This document shows positions 25,193-38,880 of a DNA stretch of 64,000 nucleotides, one piece after another; position 1 is the first letter of the stretch, and each line of letters starts with the position of its first letter. Location of the stretch: positions 16,058,001 through 16,122,000 of the forward strand of contig OX597836.1 of NCBI GenBank assembly GCA_951406725.2, written 5' to 3'. This DNA is from Octopus vulgaris. Its lineage: Eukaryota. Both the position numbers and the translations under genes were made by a program. Under the pieces are notes generated by a model. The model ran no database searches, was not told the origin of the DNA, and saw only the letters and a program-made list of their open reading frames with translations.

Positions 25193-27329
25193 TGCTATAT
25201 ATAAACTTCTTACAGAAGACAACGTGACAAAGAGGATATAATCCAGGTAAACAAAATGAGGAACTTTCTAAGCAATATGACTCAGACACTTGACGGTTTA
25301 CTGCATGACTGCTGCTGCAGTTGCTGCTAGATATTACTTCCGGTTGCTCTTTCTCTAGTTCCGGTTCAAGATGAATCAGTAATGAACCGGTATTGGTAAT
25401 TTACCATTTTCTTGTTCTTTCTCCCCCCTCCCCACCCACACCTTACAAAAATGTCACCTTCCTCTTTTATTACTCCTTACTCTTCTACTCAACCTCTCCA
25501 TCTTAATTCTCTTGGTTTCTTCGTCCTGTTGTTGTTGTTGTTGTCGTTCAACCCAAGGCAGGTCACATCGAGTAAATCGATGATCGAAGGCAGTGAAATC
25601 CCCAGAATCGTTAGAGCAGTGTACATAGTACCCTGCGGTATTTGCTCTGCTTTGTAGCAATTTCAGTTAAAATCGCATCGAAGTCGGCCTACTTTGATTT
25701 TCACCCCTTCGACGTTGATAAATAAAATACCAGTTAAGTACTGGGCTCTTTCTCTCTGTACCTCTCTCTCTCTCTGTGTCCATCTTTCTATCTCTCTCCC
25801 TCGCTCCTCTCTATCCCTTTCTCTCTCTCATTTTCTTTCTCAATTACCTTCTTTCTCTCTAGCACTTTCTCTTGTTTTATATTCTTTCTCTCTCTCTCTC
25901 CGCTTCTTTCTCTCTACCTTCCTTTCACTCTCTGTCTCTCCTTCGGAATAAGTTTCGTCGAAGAAGCTTAGAAAGCAACATTCACATAGCGATCCCCAAC
26001 CAAATCCTTTCCCCAACATTATTTCTATATCTCTGAAAGAAGTCATTCCATTCACGACCTATTTCAGACCCAGTTCATAAATCAAGTTATCATATGTATC
26101 GTTTATTTTCACCCCACTTAAGATGCTAAGATGTGATGTTATGAAAATGATTTGACTGCTATTTCTAACCTGTAGACGACCATATAGGGGCTGGTTCATT
26201 GCCGTGTCGTCATTCTAATTTGTACTCGATACTCTCAACCTTTCATTCAAATATTTTACCAACAGTCCCTTAAAAAATGGACTGCTCACTTATTAAGCTG
26301 TGAAGAGGAGAGAGGAATAATATTAAAGATTTCAAATTCTCGTACAAGGCCAGCAATTTCGGGAGAGTTGGGTAAGTTGATTACATCGACTCCAAGGCTC
26401 AACAGGTACTTATTTTATCGACTTTGGAAGGATGAAAAGCTGAGTCGACCTCGGCGGAATTTGAACTTAGAAAGTAAGGACGGACGAAATGCCGTTAAGC
26501 ATTTTGCTCGGCGTGCGTGCACTAACGTTTCTGCCAGCTCGCCGCCTTGGGGTAGTTTTAATACCGAGATAATATTTATGCCCCCTAAGGCGGCGAGCTG
26601 GCAAGAACAAAGTCGACTTCGGCGGAATTCGAACACAGAATGTAAAGCATTTCGCCCGGTGCGCTAACGATTCTGCCAGCTCGCCGCCTTGGGGTAGTTT
26701 TAATACCGAGATAATATTTATGTCCTCTCTATGTGAGTTGTGGGCAGTAAAGAAATAAGAAACGTTAGCACGCCCGGCGAAATGCTTTATATTCTGAGTT
26801 CGAATTCCGCCGAAGTCGACTTTGCCTTTCATCCTTTCGGAGTACCAGTTGCATTCTGGAATAGATCTAATTGATTGATGCCCCGCAAAAGAAAAAAAAA
26901 AAAAATTTCGGGCCTTATACCTAGAGTAGAAAAGAATATTTATACCCACTTGAACGTGGATGTTCTATTAGAACAAACCGTAGTGCGGTAGATACCACGA
27001 GAGAAACTCACATATTGGCATTTGGTGCCAAATGCACGCTTGTTTATATCGCTAGCGAGGAGACAAATCCCCACCATCTCCAGCACCGAAGCCATCAGAT
27101 TATGTAATATCAACCAGATTACCAATTATGGATACGAAACTATGGCTTGAATTGCAATATATGAAACCTATGGCCGCTAAGCATCTGGTCGTCTGCTCCG
27201 TTAACAAATGCAAAACAAGGCTTTTTTTTTGTTTTTTTTTTGCGAGTAGGCCTAACCAGGATAATGAAAAATATCAAATATATGTTTAATCTATAACTGG
27301 GGAAAATAAAACATGAAGAGGGTTTCCTT

Positions 27330-27790
<461 letters not shown>

Positions 27791-27993
27791 ATAGAGCGTG
27801 CTTTATGTACCAAAGCAAATTTTGGAACAAACTTGAAAGGAAAACTAATTTGGACAAGAAAAAATTAGTACGACCAAAACAAACTCCAAATTATGGTTTT
27901 TATCGATGCTACACCCTTGAGATAAATATTGATAAAATTTGTTATTACATAATGTAAAAATTTAAACCAAAGTAGAAGAATGAAAAAACCCCA

Positions 27994-28152
27994 GGAGTGG
28001 CTGTGTGGTAAGTAGCTTGCTAACCAACCACATGGTTCCGGGTTCAGTCCCAATGCGTGGCATCTTGGGCAAGTGTCTTCTGCTATAGCCTCGGGCCGAC
28101 CAATGCCTTGTGAGTGGATTTGGTAGACGGAAACTGAAAGAAGCCTGTCGTA

Positions 28153-28206
<54 letters not shown>

Positions 28207-28420
28207 TGTGTGTTTGTGTGTCTGTGTTTGCTTGACAACCGATGCGGGTGTGTTTACGTCCCTGTCACTTAGCGGTTCAGCAAAAAGAAACCGATAGAAT
28301 AAGTACTGGGCTTACAAAAAGAATATGTCCCGGGGTCGAGTTGCTCGACTAAAGGCGGTGCTCCAGCATGGCCGCAGTCAAATGACTTGAAACAAGTAAA
28401 AGAGTAAAAGAGTAAGAGTA
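27994..28420 (+). mobile_element. SINE-B, full length
   Basis: Complete head, body, (TA)n and tail with (GTAAAAGA)n end. Confidence 0.9.
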
Positions 28421-29024
28421 AAATAAGCAAAAAGTAAAACAGGCGGCTGCTCCAGCTGGTCGCTATTAATTAAGCGTGACTAATTAACGAAAACCCTTTT
28501 CATTGACAGCAACTGCAGAATAGCTACAATTATTTCACAAATAAACTGCTAAACTATTAAATACAAAATGCATGAACGGGCAATTTTGGGACAACACCAA
28601 AACTTACAAAAGAGAACTCGAGCAATTCAGACAAAATTTTAAACCGGAAAAAACAACCCTTCTAAAATTAGGGCAGATTTTATTCGTAAAAGCTGTTTTG
28701 TTGTGATAAAGCCGTTCGTTGGCAAGTTGGTCCTATTTATACCTACAATCTATCGTGAGTATTTAATCTTGGCGTAATCACCCAAACACAGTTTTTACAC
28801 AGTTTTTAAAAAGTGTTTGGTGATTTGCGGGTTATTAGGCTGCTATTTCTAGTAGCTACTCAGGTGGACGCGTCCCTTCTTTCCCCCGTCGGGTCGCTTA
28901 TGTCATCACAAACAATGGATTTTTAGTAATTTACTATAGAGAGATTATATGTGAAAGAGCGTGGAATAGTGGTTAGTAGTATTGGGCTCATGATTTTAAA
29001 GGTCGAACGTTGTTCTAAGTTCGG

Positions 29025-29385
29025 TGGCAAGTAGCTTGCTTACGAACCACATGGCACCTTTGGCAAGTGTCTTCTACTATAGCCTCGGGCCGACCAAAGC
29101 CTTGTGAGTGGATTTGGTAGACGGAAACTGAAAGAAGCCCGTCGTATATATGTATTTGTATATGTATGTGTGTGTGTATGTTTGTGTGTCTGTGTTTGTC
29201 CCCCCAACATCGCTTGACACCCGATGCTGGTGTGTTTACGAACTTAGTGGTTTGGCAAAGAGACCGATAGAATAAGTACTAGGTTTACAAAGAATAAGTC
29301 CTGGGTCGATTTGCTCGACTAAAAGGCGGTGCTCCAGCATGGCCACAGTTAAATGACTGAAACAAGTAAAAGAGAGAAAAGAGAG
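29025..29385 (+). mobile_element. SINE-B
   Basis: Homology. Confidence 0.9.
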
Positions 29386-29566
29386 TGTAGGCTTTAACTT
29401 TTTAATTTACCGTGGTTAATACCTTTGAGAAAAACAATTGTGTCGTGTAATGGCAAGAACCATAGAACTAAACGGTAAGGTCCAATTGAGAGCGACTCGG
29501 ACTCAGTAACGATTTATTATAGAAATACTATTGGGAAAGTATGAACATTACAATATCCCAACTGTA

Positions 29567-29945
29567 TATTCCGTCGGTTACGACGACGAGGGTTCCGATT
29601 GATCTGATCAACGGAACAGCCTGCTCGTGAAATTAACGTGTAAGTGGCTGAGCACTCCACAGACACGTGTACCCTTAACGTAGTTCTCGGGGATATTCAG
29701 CGTGACACAGAGAGTGACAAGGCCGGCCCTTTTGAAATACAGGTACAACAGAAACAGGAAGTAAGAGTGAGAGAAAGTTGTGGTGAAAGAGTACAGCAGG
29801 GATCACCACCATCCCCTGCTGGAGCCTCGTGGAGCTTTAGGTGTTTTCGCTCAATAAACACTCACAACGCCCGGTCTGGGAATCGAAACCGCGATCCTAC
29901 GACCGCGAGTCCGCTGCCCTAACCACTGGGCCATTGCGCCTCCAC
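29567..29945 (-). mobile_element. SINE-C, tail type 2
   Basis: Head related to 14957 but unrelated 3' half. Partial copies at 36030-36221 and 49578-49740. Confidence 0.85.
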
Positions 29946-30310
29946 ATTCTTCGACTACAGCAGTAATTATAGTTATACGTAGTTGGACATCTTAGTTATG
30001 GTCTTGAAAATGGTGACATTGAATTGAAGAACTGATCCTTGGGCAAACTTTCGGAATTACTGACACGAATAAAATGGTATTTAATGTTAATAATTTTTAA
30101 CCGGTATTTTTCATCTTTTTATATTTCACATTCTAAAACTCATGTAATTTGCATTGTATATAAAAAAGAAAAAAGCAGATTTTTAAAACCTAAATTCGTA
30201 TCTCTTCGTTAACTTTTTAGAATAGCTGCCACGATTAAATTGAATTTTCGTTTCTCTCGTTATTTTCGGTCATTCTAACATTCTCATATCTCCCATTCAG
30301 AAACACTTTT

Positions 30311-30745
30311 GGATGTTTTCGGTTTGACCGGCAGTTTTTTAAAATAATTTCCACGTAACTAAACACTTTTAAACTTCGTATACTGGTAGAATGTGTTTAT
30401 AAAACATTTTTTTCTCTTGGCTTTATTGAGAAAATTCTATAGTTTGTAAGCTATTTGTTGTTGTTTTTTTCTTCAATTTCTGCAATTTCAACTAATGAAT
30501 GACGTCTATTGAGGTGAAAACATTCTGTGCCGTATGAATATGTCCCTCGTTTAAGAAACAGATTGGGTTTATTTGCATTTCTGAAGAAAAAAAGATACCC
30601 TTCTCCCCATCCCTAACCCTAACCCTAACTAACCCTAACCCTAAAACAGGTTGAAATGCAACAGATCGATACTAGGGTCATAATTATGGGTGACAATTTC
30701 ATATGACACCGTTAGATAAAACTGCCTTTCAAACCGAAAAGATCC
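30311..30745 (+). mobile_element. ~430-bp MITE, copy 2
   Basis: TIRs; flanks ACACTTTT and ACACTTGT. Confidence 0.9.
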
Positions 30746-30849
30746 ACACTTGTAATTCACATAAAAGAAAAAAATTTATTCCCAAAAATCCATGTTTTTC
30801 CAAATTTCTTAATCCGCCCTTCTTGTATTTTACTATCCTATAATCTTTT

Positions 30850-31330
30850 TCCTGCTGAGGCACTGCGGTCCTCTCTCTGGAATCAGTCCTAATGAAGTAA
30901 TGCGTTGGACAGAGCTGCCCATCTTTACGTTTCTTGCCGTGGGTTCATCTGGTATATTAAGTAAACATGTCCAATTGTTTAAACACATCCACATCTACAC
31001 CTCGTCGACCTCCGAGGCCTTTTTGGCAATCTATTGAAAAGTTGTGGGTCTTTGGTCTTTAAGCTGTTATAGCATTGGGTTCAGACAGGGATGGCGGGAA
31101 CTTCGATACATTTGAAACAAAAGCTACAGACTGTACCAAGTGGCGGGTGGTCCATCACCATCGGAAGCAAGAACTTCGAAGCCATCAGAAAAGTAAAGGA
31201 AAAAAAAAACCAGCCGACAGAAGAGAAAGCCTTGTTCTCTACCATTACCATGCATCGACTCTTCTATGCAAGGATAGGTCTACAGAATCATCAACGGCAT
31301 CGCCATAAAGGAAGCGTTCAGCAAAGAAAC
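30850..31330 (-). pseudogene. CR1/L2-group LINE 3' remnant
   Basis: DPQLFNRLPK...GVDVDVFKQLD resembles the CR1-group ORF2 C-terminus. Confidence 0.6.
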
Positions 31331-31556
31331 TAAATCCTCGAATACGAGTTAAAGCCGACGACGACGACGATGACGACTAATGAAAAAATACGATGTAAGG
31401 GAAATAACTCTAGCATGGAAAGAAAATCTATAATGTTAGGATTGTTTCCCTTCAAATTTCAGTTTATAAGATTACGGGATCGTATTTCCGAGTCAGATTA
31501 TCGTTAACCAGAATGTCTCTGGTTAAATACAATACACTTTGTTTACTACATAACTT

Positions 31557-32004
31557 GGATGTTTTCGGTTTGAACGGCAGTTTTTAACATAATTTCCACG
31601 TAACTAAACACTTTTAAACTTCGTATACTGGTAGAATGTGTTTATAAAACATCTTTTTCTCTTGGCTTTATTGAGAAAATTCTATAGTTTGTAAGATATT
31701 TGTTGTTGTTTTTTTCTTCAATTTCTGCAATTTCAACCAATCAATGACGTCTTTTGAGGTGAAAATATTCTGTGCTGTATGAATATTTATCGACCCCGAA
31801 AGGATGAAAGGCAAAGTCGAACTCGTTTAAGAAACATTGGGTTTATTTACATTTCTGAAGAAAAAAAAGATACCCTTTCCCCCCCCACTAACCCTAATCC
31901 TAAAACAGATTGAAATGCAATAGATCGATACTAGGGTCATAATTATGGGTGACAATTTCATATGACACCGCTAGAAAAAACTGCCGTTCAAACCGAAAAG
32001 ATCC
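31557..32004 (+). mobile_element. ~430-bp MITE, copy 3 (carries a SINE-A patch)
   Basis: TIRs; flanks CATAACTT and CATTCCTT. Confidence 0.9.
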
Positions 32005-32114
32005 CATTCCTTCACATACAGACCATAACCAGACATAAATAATACAAATATATTTTCCCTTCCTCAAAGGTTTATTTACTTTTCACTTTCACATTGTTTT
32101 GCTCCGGTTTAAAT

Positions 32115-32340
32115 CTGATCAAACTGGAGCGTTTGCTGTTCCGTTTTCTTTGGAAGGGACGAGTTGCAATTGGTCAGGCGCTCCATTCGCTGTGTGTGGC
32201 ACTGGGCATGCCGTAACTGATGACGCATAAGCATGCGTTGGAGCTGGGGCTTTCCGGTGAATAGGGGTGGGCGCCGAGACGGGTATTTTCTCAGCTCGTC
32301 TCTTTGACAAAGCTTGCAGCCCTGGATGACGCAAAAACTG
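32115..32340 (+). pseudogene. L1/Tx1-like ORF2 fragment
   Basis: IKLERLLFRFLWKGRV...LGMP motif typical of the post-RT region. Confidence 0.6.
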
Positions 32341-32481
32341 AAACCGGGTATTAGTATCTAAAATATCGCCAAGAGTTCATAATCCTCTACCAGTCAGGTA
32401 ATGCAATCGTGAATAATCCATCATGGCGTTCTGTAAAGGATTAGTGGCGAGGAAAAGCGACAAAGGTATTGTGGGAAAATA

Positions 32482-32830
32482 AGGTGGCGAGCTGGCAGTA
32501 ACGTTAGCACGCCGGGCGAAATGCTTAGCGGTATTTCGTCTGTCGTTACGTTCTGAGTTCAAATTCCGCCGAGGTCGACTTTGCCTTTCATCCTTTCGGA
32601 GTCGATAAATAAAGTACTAGTTTCGCACTGTGGTCAATGTAATCGACTTAATACCTATGTCTGTCCTTGTTTGTCCCCTCTGTGTTTAGCCCCTTGTGGG
32701 TAATAAAGAAATAGGTATTTTGTCTGCCGTTGCGTTCTGAGCTCAAATTCCGCCGAGGTCGACTTTGCCTTTCATCCTTTCGGGGTCGATAAATTAAGTA
32801 CCAGTTACGAACTGGGGTTGATGTAATCGA
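32482..32830 (+). mobile_element. SINE-A plus partial second unit
   Basis: GAAATA|GGTATTT junction near 32714. Confidence 0.9.
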
Positions 32831-33396
32831 CAGGTTAGGTTTCCATTTAGAGGAGCAGCGTTTTACCAGCATGCCTTCATATTTGAGGATAGTCATCTTT
32901 TGTTGATTAAAAAATAATAATGATAATAATGAAATTATTGTATACAGAGCTCAGGTGCAACACAACCTGTCATAAGTGCATATAAAGCATATGCAGTAAT
33001 GTACAAATGTCTGGGAAGTGAACATTGTATGAGTCAGATATATGTTTGCGTGTGTATGGAGGGGAGAAAATCTTTAGGGCTCTAAGCACGCCATATAACT
33101 CCTCTTAGCTTTTTCATTTTTTTTTCGAGTTTTCTCTACACGGGAATTCATACGATTATGCACCCCCCCCAGCAAAAAAAATTGGTGTGTCATGTAAAGG
33201 CTTTTTGCTGTTATTTTTAGCACATCCCACGACCACCTGATACCTTCATCATTTGTTTTCCACTCTGACGTTTAGATGTTTTTCAATATTTTTACCCCCA
33301 TAAACACATTTAATGGTCTATTGTTGGTATTTTAGCTAAAAATTCGGACTGTCCGTATCTTAAACAGTGATTAAAAAAAAAAAAAATTCATGGACC

Positions 33397-33560
33397 TGGA
33401 GTGGCTGTGTGGTAAGTAGCTTGCTTACGAACCGCATGGTTCCGGGTTCAGTCCACTGCGTGGCACCTTGGGCAAGTGTCTTCTACTATAGCCTCGGGCC
33501 GACCAAAGCTTTGTGAGTGGCTTTGGTAATTTGGTAGACGGAAACTGAAAGAAGACCGTC

Positions 33561-33630
<70 letters not shown>

Positions 33631-33855
33631 GCAATGTGTGTATATGTTTGCGTGTCTGTGTTTGTCCCCCTAACATCGCTTGGCAACCGACGTTGGTGTG
33701 TTTACGTCCCCGTAACTTAACGGTTCGGCAAAAGAGACCGATAGAATAAGTACTAGGCTTCCAAAGTATAAGTCCTGGGGGTCGATTTGCTCGACTAAAA
33801 GCGGTGCTCCAGCATAGCCGCAGTCAAATGACTGACACAAGTAAAAGAGAAAAGT
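33397..33855 (+). mobile_element. SINE-B, full length
   Basis: Homology. Confidence 0.9.
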
Positions 33856-34458
33856 GAAAAGAAAAAAGGAGTCGTGTAAATTTCAAGGTGCAGAAAACAA
33901 ATTGGTAAAAATTTTCCGAAAATTCCCCAAAATAAAAAGAAATTTTGAGGGGTTTTATGAGGTGCTTCAAGTAGAATGCCGCCATTTTTGTTTATTTGTC
34001 TGTCAAAGTTCTTTCGTCAAACGTTCTGTGACCTCTTCAATGACTCCTTGTCTTAGGTGTCTCCTCTCGTCCTGCCTATTCCCAAGAATAACAATATCTG
34101 TTTCGATACACGATTTTACACCAAGAGTTTTGCAAAACATATGCATAAGAGTAAAAGGAAAAGAAAAAAAAAGAAAAACTTCCGATGTAAGGGAAGCAAC
34201 TCCGGAGTATCTTTTTTTTTTTTTTAATGGAGTTGACTTTTGGCTCAGAATTTTCCTGTTGTTTGTTGTACGTAAAGATTTTTGGGAGTCTAGTTTTGTT
34301 TTCTTTGCTTCATAAAATGGTTCTTATTCTATGGAGACCTTATTTTCGGTCAAACTGACTGCAATAACAACTATAAACTTCTGTTTTATCTCAAAGAGTC
34401 TGATATTTGTGCGTGTTTCAAACAACAGGGATAAACGTCATCGTAGTGAGTCGGCACC

Positions 34459-34540
<82 letters not shown>

Positions 34541-34633
34541 CGGGTGTTTAAGTGTTAATGTGTGTTCATAACGTTATTTTGATTGTCGGTTGGAGACGTC
34601 AATAACTTTAATAAATACATATAAATAAAAACA

Positions 34634-34692
<59 letters not shown>

Positions 34693-34701
34693 TAATGTAC
34701 T

Positions 34702-34738
<37 letters not shown>

Positions 34739-34849
34739 CAATTATTCTTACATATATAGGCACAGGCGTGCCTGTGTGGTAAGAAGCTTGCATCCCAATT
34801 GCGTGGTTTTGGGTTCATTCCCCACTGCGTGTCCCTTTGACCATGTACC

Positions 34850-35077
34850 TATTTCTTTACTACCCAGAAGGGGCTAAACAAAGAGAGGACAAACAAAGAC
34901 AGACAAACGGATTAAGTCGATTATATCGACCCCAGTGCGTAACTGGTACTTAATTTATCGACCCCGAAAGGATGAAAGGCAAAGTCGACCTTGGCGGAAT
35001 TTGAACTCAGAACGTAACGGCAGACGAAATACGGCTACGCATTTCGCCCGACGTGCTAATGTTTCTGCCAGCTCGCC
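34850..35077 (-). mobile_element. SINE-A
   Basis: Homology; abuts a SINE-B head. Confidence 0.9.
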
Positions 35078-35079
35078 TA

Positions 35080-35819
35080 GATAAACCATACAGGCACGGA
35101 AGGGCCGTCAGCCGAGCGTGTCCGAGATGCGCGCAGGGCAACGAACCGCCCTGCATGCACACGTTCTGTGTCCGGTCATTGCTGACCTGTGGGTTTATGT
35201 CAAACACCCGCTGTCGCGTCTGGCACAGATCAGGCTGTTAACTGAATCCATCGTAAAGATTACCCCGCCGCCTTGTTTTAACCGGAAAAACCAAGCAGTT
35301 TCTATATGTATCTGGTGGCCATGGCGAAAGAGCTTGTATGGTGGGCGAGATTGAAGAGGCTGAAGACAAACACTTTTCTCTTTGGCCAATCCCTGACCAA
35401 CTTCTTCAAGTTTCACTTGAAAAGGAAAATAAGGACGGAGAAGGAAGTATTGCCTTCTAACCAATTTGCTGAAAGGTGGATGAAAGTGGGGAGAATGGTG
35501 CGAGTGAACGGGCCTGGCCCCCCTGAGCATACGTCTGTAATCAGAGATGAGGAACTGAGAAAAGGTACCTTCCCCAGAAGTCAGGGCACCCGCAGGTTCA
35601 TGGAGTTTTCCCCTGAGCAGCCCTTGAACGTCTCCTCTCTATTGAGGGGTACACGTTGTTAAAAACTGCATGTGTGTATTTTCTTTACGTCAAACTTATT
35701 TGCATGCAAAACCCTCACAACACATATGCACACCCATGCACACACACATTCAGTGTATTGTCTTGCGCCGTCCATAATGTCTTTTTTTTATGTAAACCTT
35801 TTGTGGCTAATACAGAAAT
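35080..35819 (+). pseudogene. L1/Tx1-like LINE 3' end (zinc knuckle, C-terminus, 3'UTR)
   Basis: CPRCAQGNE / ALHAHVLCPVIADLW (CxxC..E..H....C...W) and LVAMAKELVWWAR; frameshifted; ends before (CAT)n. Confidence 0.75.
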
Positions 35820-36260
35820 CATCATCATCATCATCATCGTCGTCGTCATTGTTGTTGCTGTCTTCTTCTTCTTCTTCTTCTTCTTCTTCTTCTTCTTCTT
35901 CTTCTTCTTCTTCTTCTTCTTCTTCTTCTTCTTCTTCTTCTTCTTCTTCTTCTTCTTCTTCCAATCAGGACTCACGCCATTTACCACACCATACTGGGTT
36001 ACACCATGGTTCCTCTGCTTTGTGGCAGAAGTAGGAAGAAAGAGTGGGAGAAAGTTGTGGTGAAAGAGTACAGTGGGGGTTCACCACCACCTTCCGCCGG
36101 AGCCACGCGGAGCTTAGGTGTTTTTGCACAATAAACACTCACAATGCTCGGTCTGGAAATCGAAACCGCGTTCTTACGACCGCGAGTCCGCTGCCCTAAC
36201 CACTGGGCCATTGCGCCTCCACTATTGCTGCTGTTGCTGCTGTTGTTGTTGTTGTTGTTG

Positions 36261-36309
<49 letters not shown>

Positions 36310-36955
36310 GTAAACTAGAGGTGGTTCCGCCATCCTCCACCGAGCCTCCGCCCCACACGGCGGCGGCGGCGGCGGCGCCATGTTCGCTCTTTAAGTTTAC
36401 TTCCTGACACAACTAGAAACACATGTTGCTGAAGAATTTCTGGAATACCTGAAGAAATAAATTCCTCACCGTGTGTTTGAGGGTCAGGAGCAGTGGGGGT
36501 GGGGGTGGGGACGGGGACGGGACGTGCGGCTGGTGGTGGTGGTGGTGGTGATGGTGGTGGTGGAGGTGGTGGCGATGGCTACGGTGGTGATATGTTGTAA
36601 CGATGATGTCTGATGGTTAACGTGGCGGCGGTGGTGGCGGCGGTGGTGGGTGGTGGTGGAGGTGGTGGTGGTGGTGGTGGTAGTGGTGGTGGTGGAGGTG
36701 GTGGTGGTGGAGGTGGTGGTGGTGGTGGCGGTGGGGATAGTGTGCTGAGGTGTGTATGTGTGGGGGTGGTGGTGGTGGCGGTGGTGGTGTGAAATGTTTC
36801 TTCCAGTGAGTTTGCCCACCTACCTGAAAACAACAACAACAACAACAACAACAATTATCTGTTGAGGTATTTATCAAACAAACTTCACCTTCATCCCTCT
36901 CTCTCTCGCTATTCCACTTTCCCCTTCTCATCCATCCATGCACACACATATACAT

Positions 36956-37015
<60 letters not shown>

Positions 37016-37152
37016 CATTCCAAACTGCATTAGATAGATTAGTAAATCCGTATATATATATATATATATATGTTTGTGTGTTTGTGTATATATATATATA
37101 TGTGTATATATATATATGTGTATATATATATATGTATATGTACATGTATATA

Positions 37153-37196
<44 letters not shown>

Positions 37197-37355
37197 CATC
37201 TATGTATGTAGGTAGGTATGTATATATATATGTATATTTACATATGTATATATATATGTGTGTGTGTATATATATATATGTATATGTGTGTATATATTTA
37301 CATATATGTAGGCACACACATATATACATAATAAATGTATATATACATATACACA

Positions 37356-37405
<50 letters not shown>

Positions 37406-37429
37406 TGCACATACACAAACGTATATATG

Positions 37430-37479
<50 letters not shown>

Positions 37480-37965
37480 CATACACACATATAGTTGTAT
37501 TTATGTATACATATATACGTGTGTGTGTGTGTATTGTATATCACAGATTCTTTTAACTGTAGAAGCGAATGATAAAAATGTAAACACATTCCTCGTATGT
37601 TTTTCCTTTTGACGGACCGTTTTACGATTTGTTGATCACTCCTCAAAGAAGACCTACAGTAGCTCCTCGGCTTATCGATAGCATACGGCATTCACTTGCT
37701 CTGAAAAATGCAGCGTGAATATAATATTATACATGCATTCTGTTATTTGTTTCAGTCATTTGACTGCGGCCATTCTGGAGAATCGCCTTAAAGGGTTATA
37801 GTCGAAGAAATCGACCCCGGGACTTATTCTTTGTAAGCCCAGTACTTATTCTATTGGTCTCTTTTGCCGAACCGCTAAGTTGCGGGGGCATAAACTCACT
37901 AGCATCAGTTGTCAAGTGAAGGCGGGGTTGGGGGATAAACACAGACACACAAACCTAAACACGTA

Positions 37966-38047
<82 letters not shown>

Positions 38048-38624
38048 TGCAGTGGGACTGAAGCCGGAACTATGTGGCTGGGCAGCAAACTTCTTAACAC
38101 AGCCACACCTTCCCCTATGTGTATAAAATACGTGTATAATGTTATATATACATGACTATACAACGCGTGTATAATGCTATATATACATGTGTATGCCACG
38201 CTATATTGTGGAAACGTAAATACACCGACACCGGTTGTCAAGGAGGACAAACACAGATACCAATATAAGCACATACACAAACACACGCACAGACAAATAT
38301 ATACGACGGGCTTCCTTCAGTTTCCGTCTACCAAATCCACTCACTAGGCTTTCGTCGGCCCGAGGCTTTAGTGAAAGGCACTTGCTCAAGGTGCCACGCA
38401 GTGGGACTGAACCCAGAACGAGCTTAGTAACCACACAGCCATGTTTGCACTTTCTCTATCGTGGCTTTTTGATAAGAAGTTTTCTTCTCCACCGCGTGAT
38501 TTCGGGTTCAGTACCACAGCGTGGCACCTTGGACAAGGGTCTTCCACAAAATTTCTGTGTTTATCAAAGCCTTGTGAGTGGATTTGGTATACGGAAACTG
38601 AAGGAAGCCTGACATGTGTGTGTG

Positions 38625-38880
38625 TGTTATCGGAGAGGCTCAACATTACGTCTCTAGCCAGCCATGTACGGCGCCTAAAAGAGGAGGGCACGCCATATAT
38701 AATTAAATGGAAGCTTCTCGAAAAGCCGGAATCATATATCAACGGAAGCAAACGATGTAATCTTTGCTTGGCAGAGAAAAATCAAGAATCCTGAAACACT
38801 CGCTTCACTCGGAGGCCCTTTTAAACTTCAGGAAAGAAGTTTTTAGCCAATGTCCTCATCAGTGACGTTTCCTGTTGTAA
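38625..38880 (+). pseudogene. Penelope-like element GIY-YIG endonuclease C-terminal remnant
   Basis: TSLASHVRRLKEEGTPYIIKWKLLEKPESYINGSKRCNLCLAEK then LLNFRKEVFSQCPH, the CxxC...CxH pattern of Neptune/Naiad-type PLEs. Confidence 0.8.

Noticed and set aside
30610-30645. Interstitial telomere (CCCTAA)n
   Set aside because: An internal part of the 430-bp MITE, present in shorter form in the other copies.
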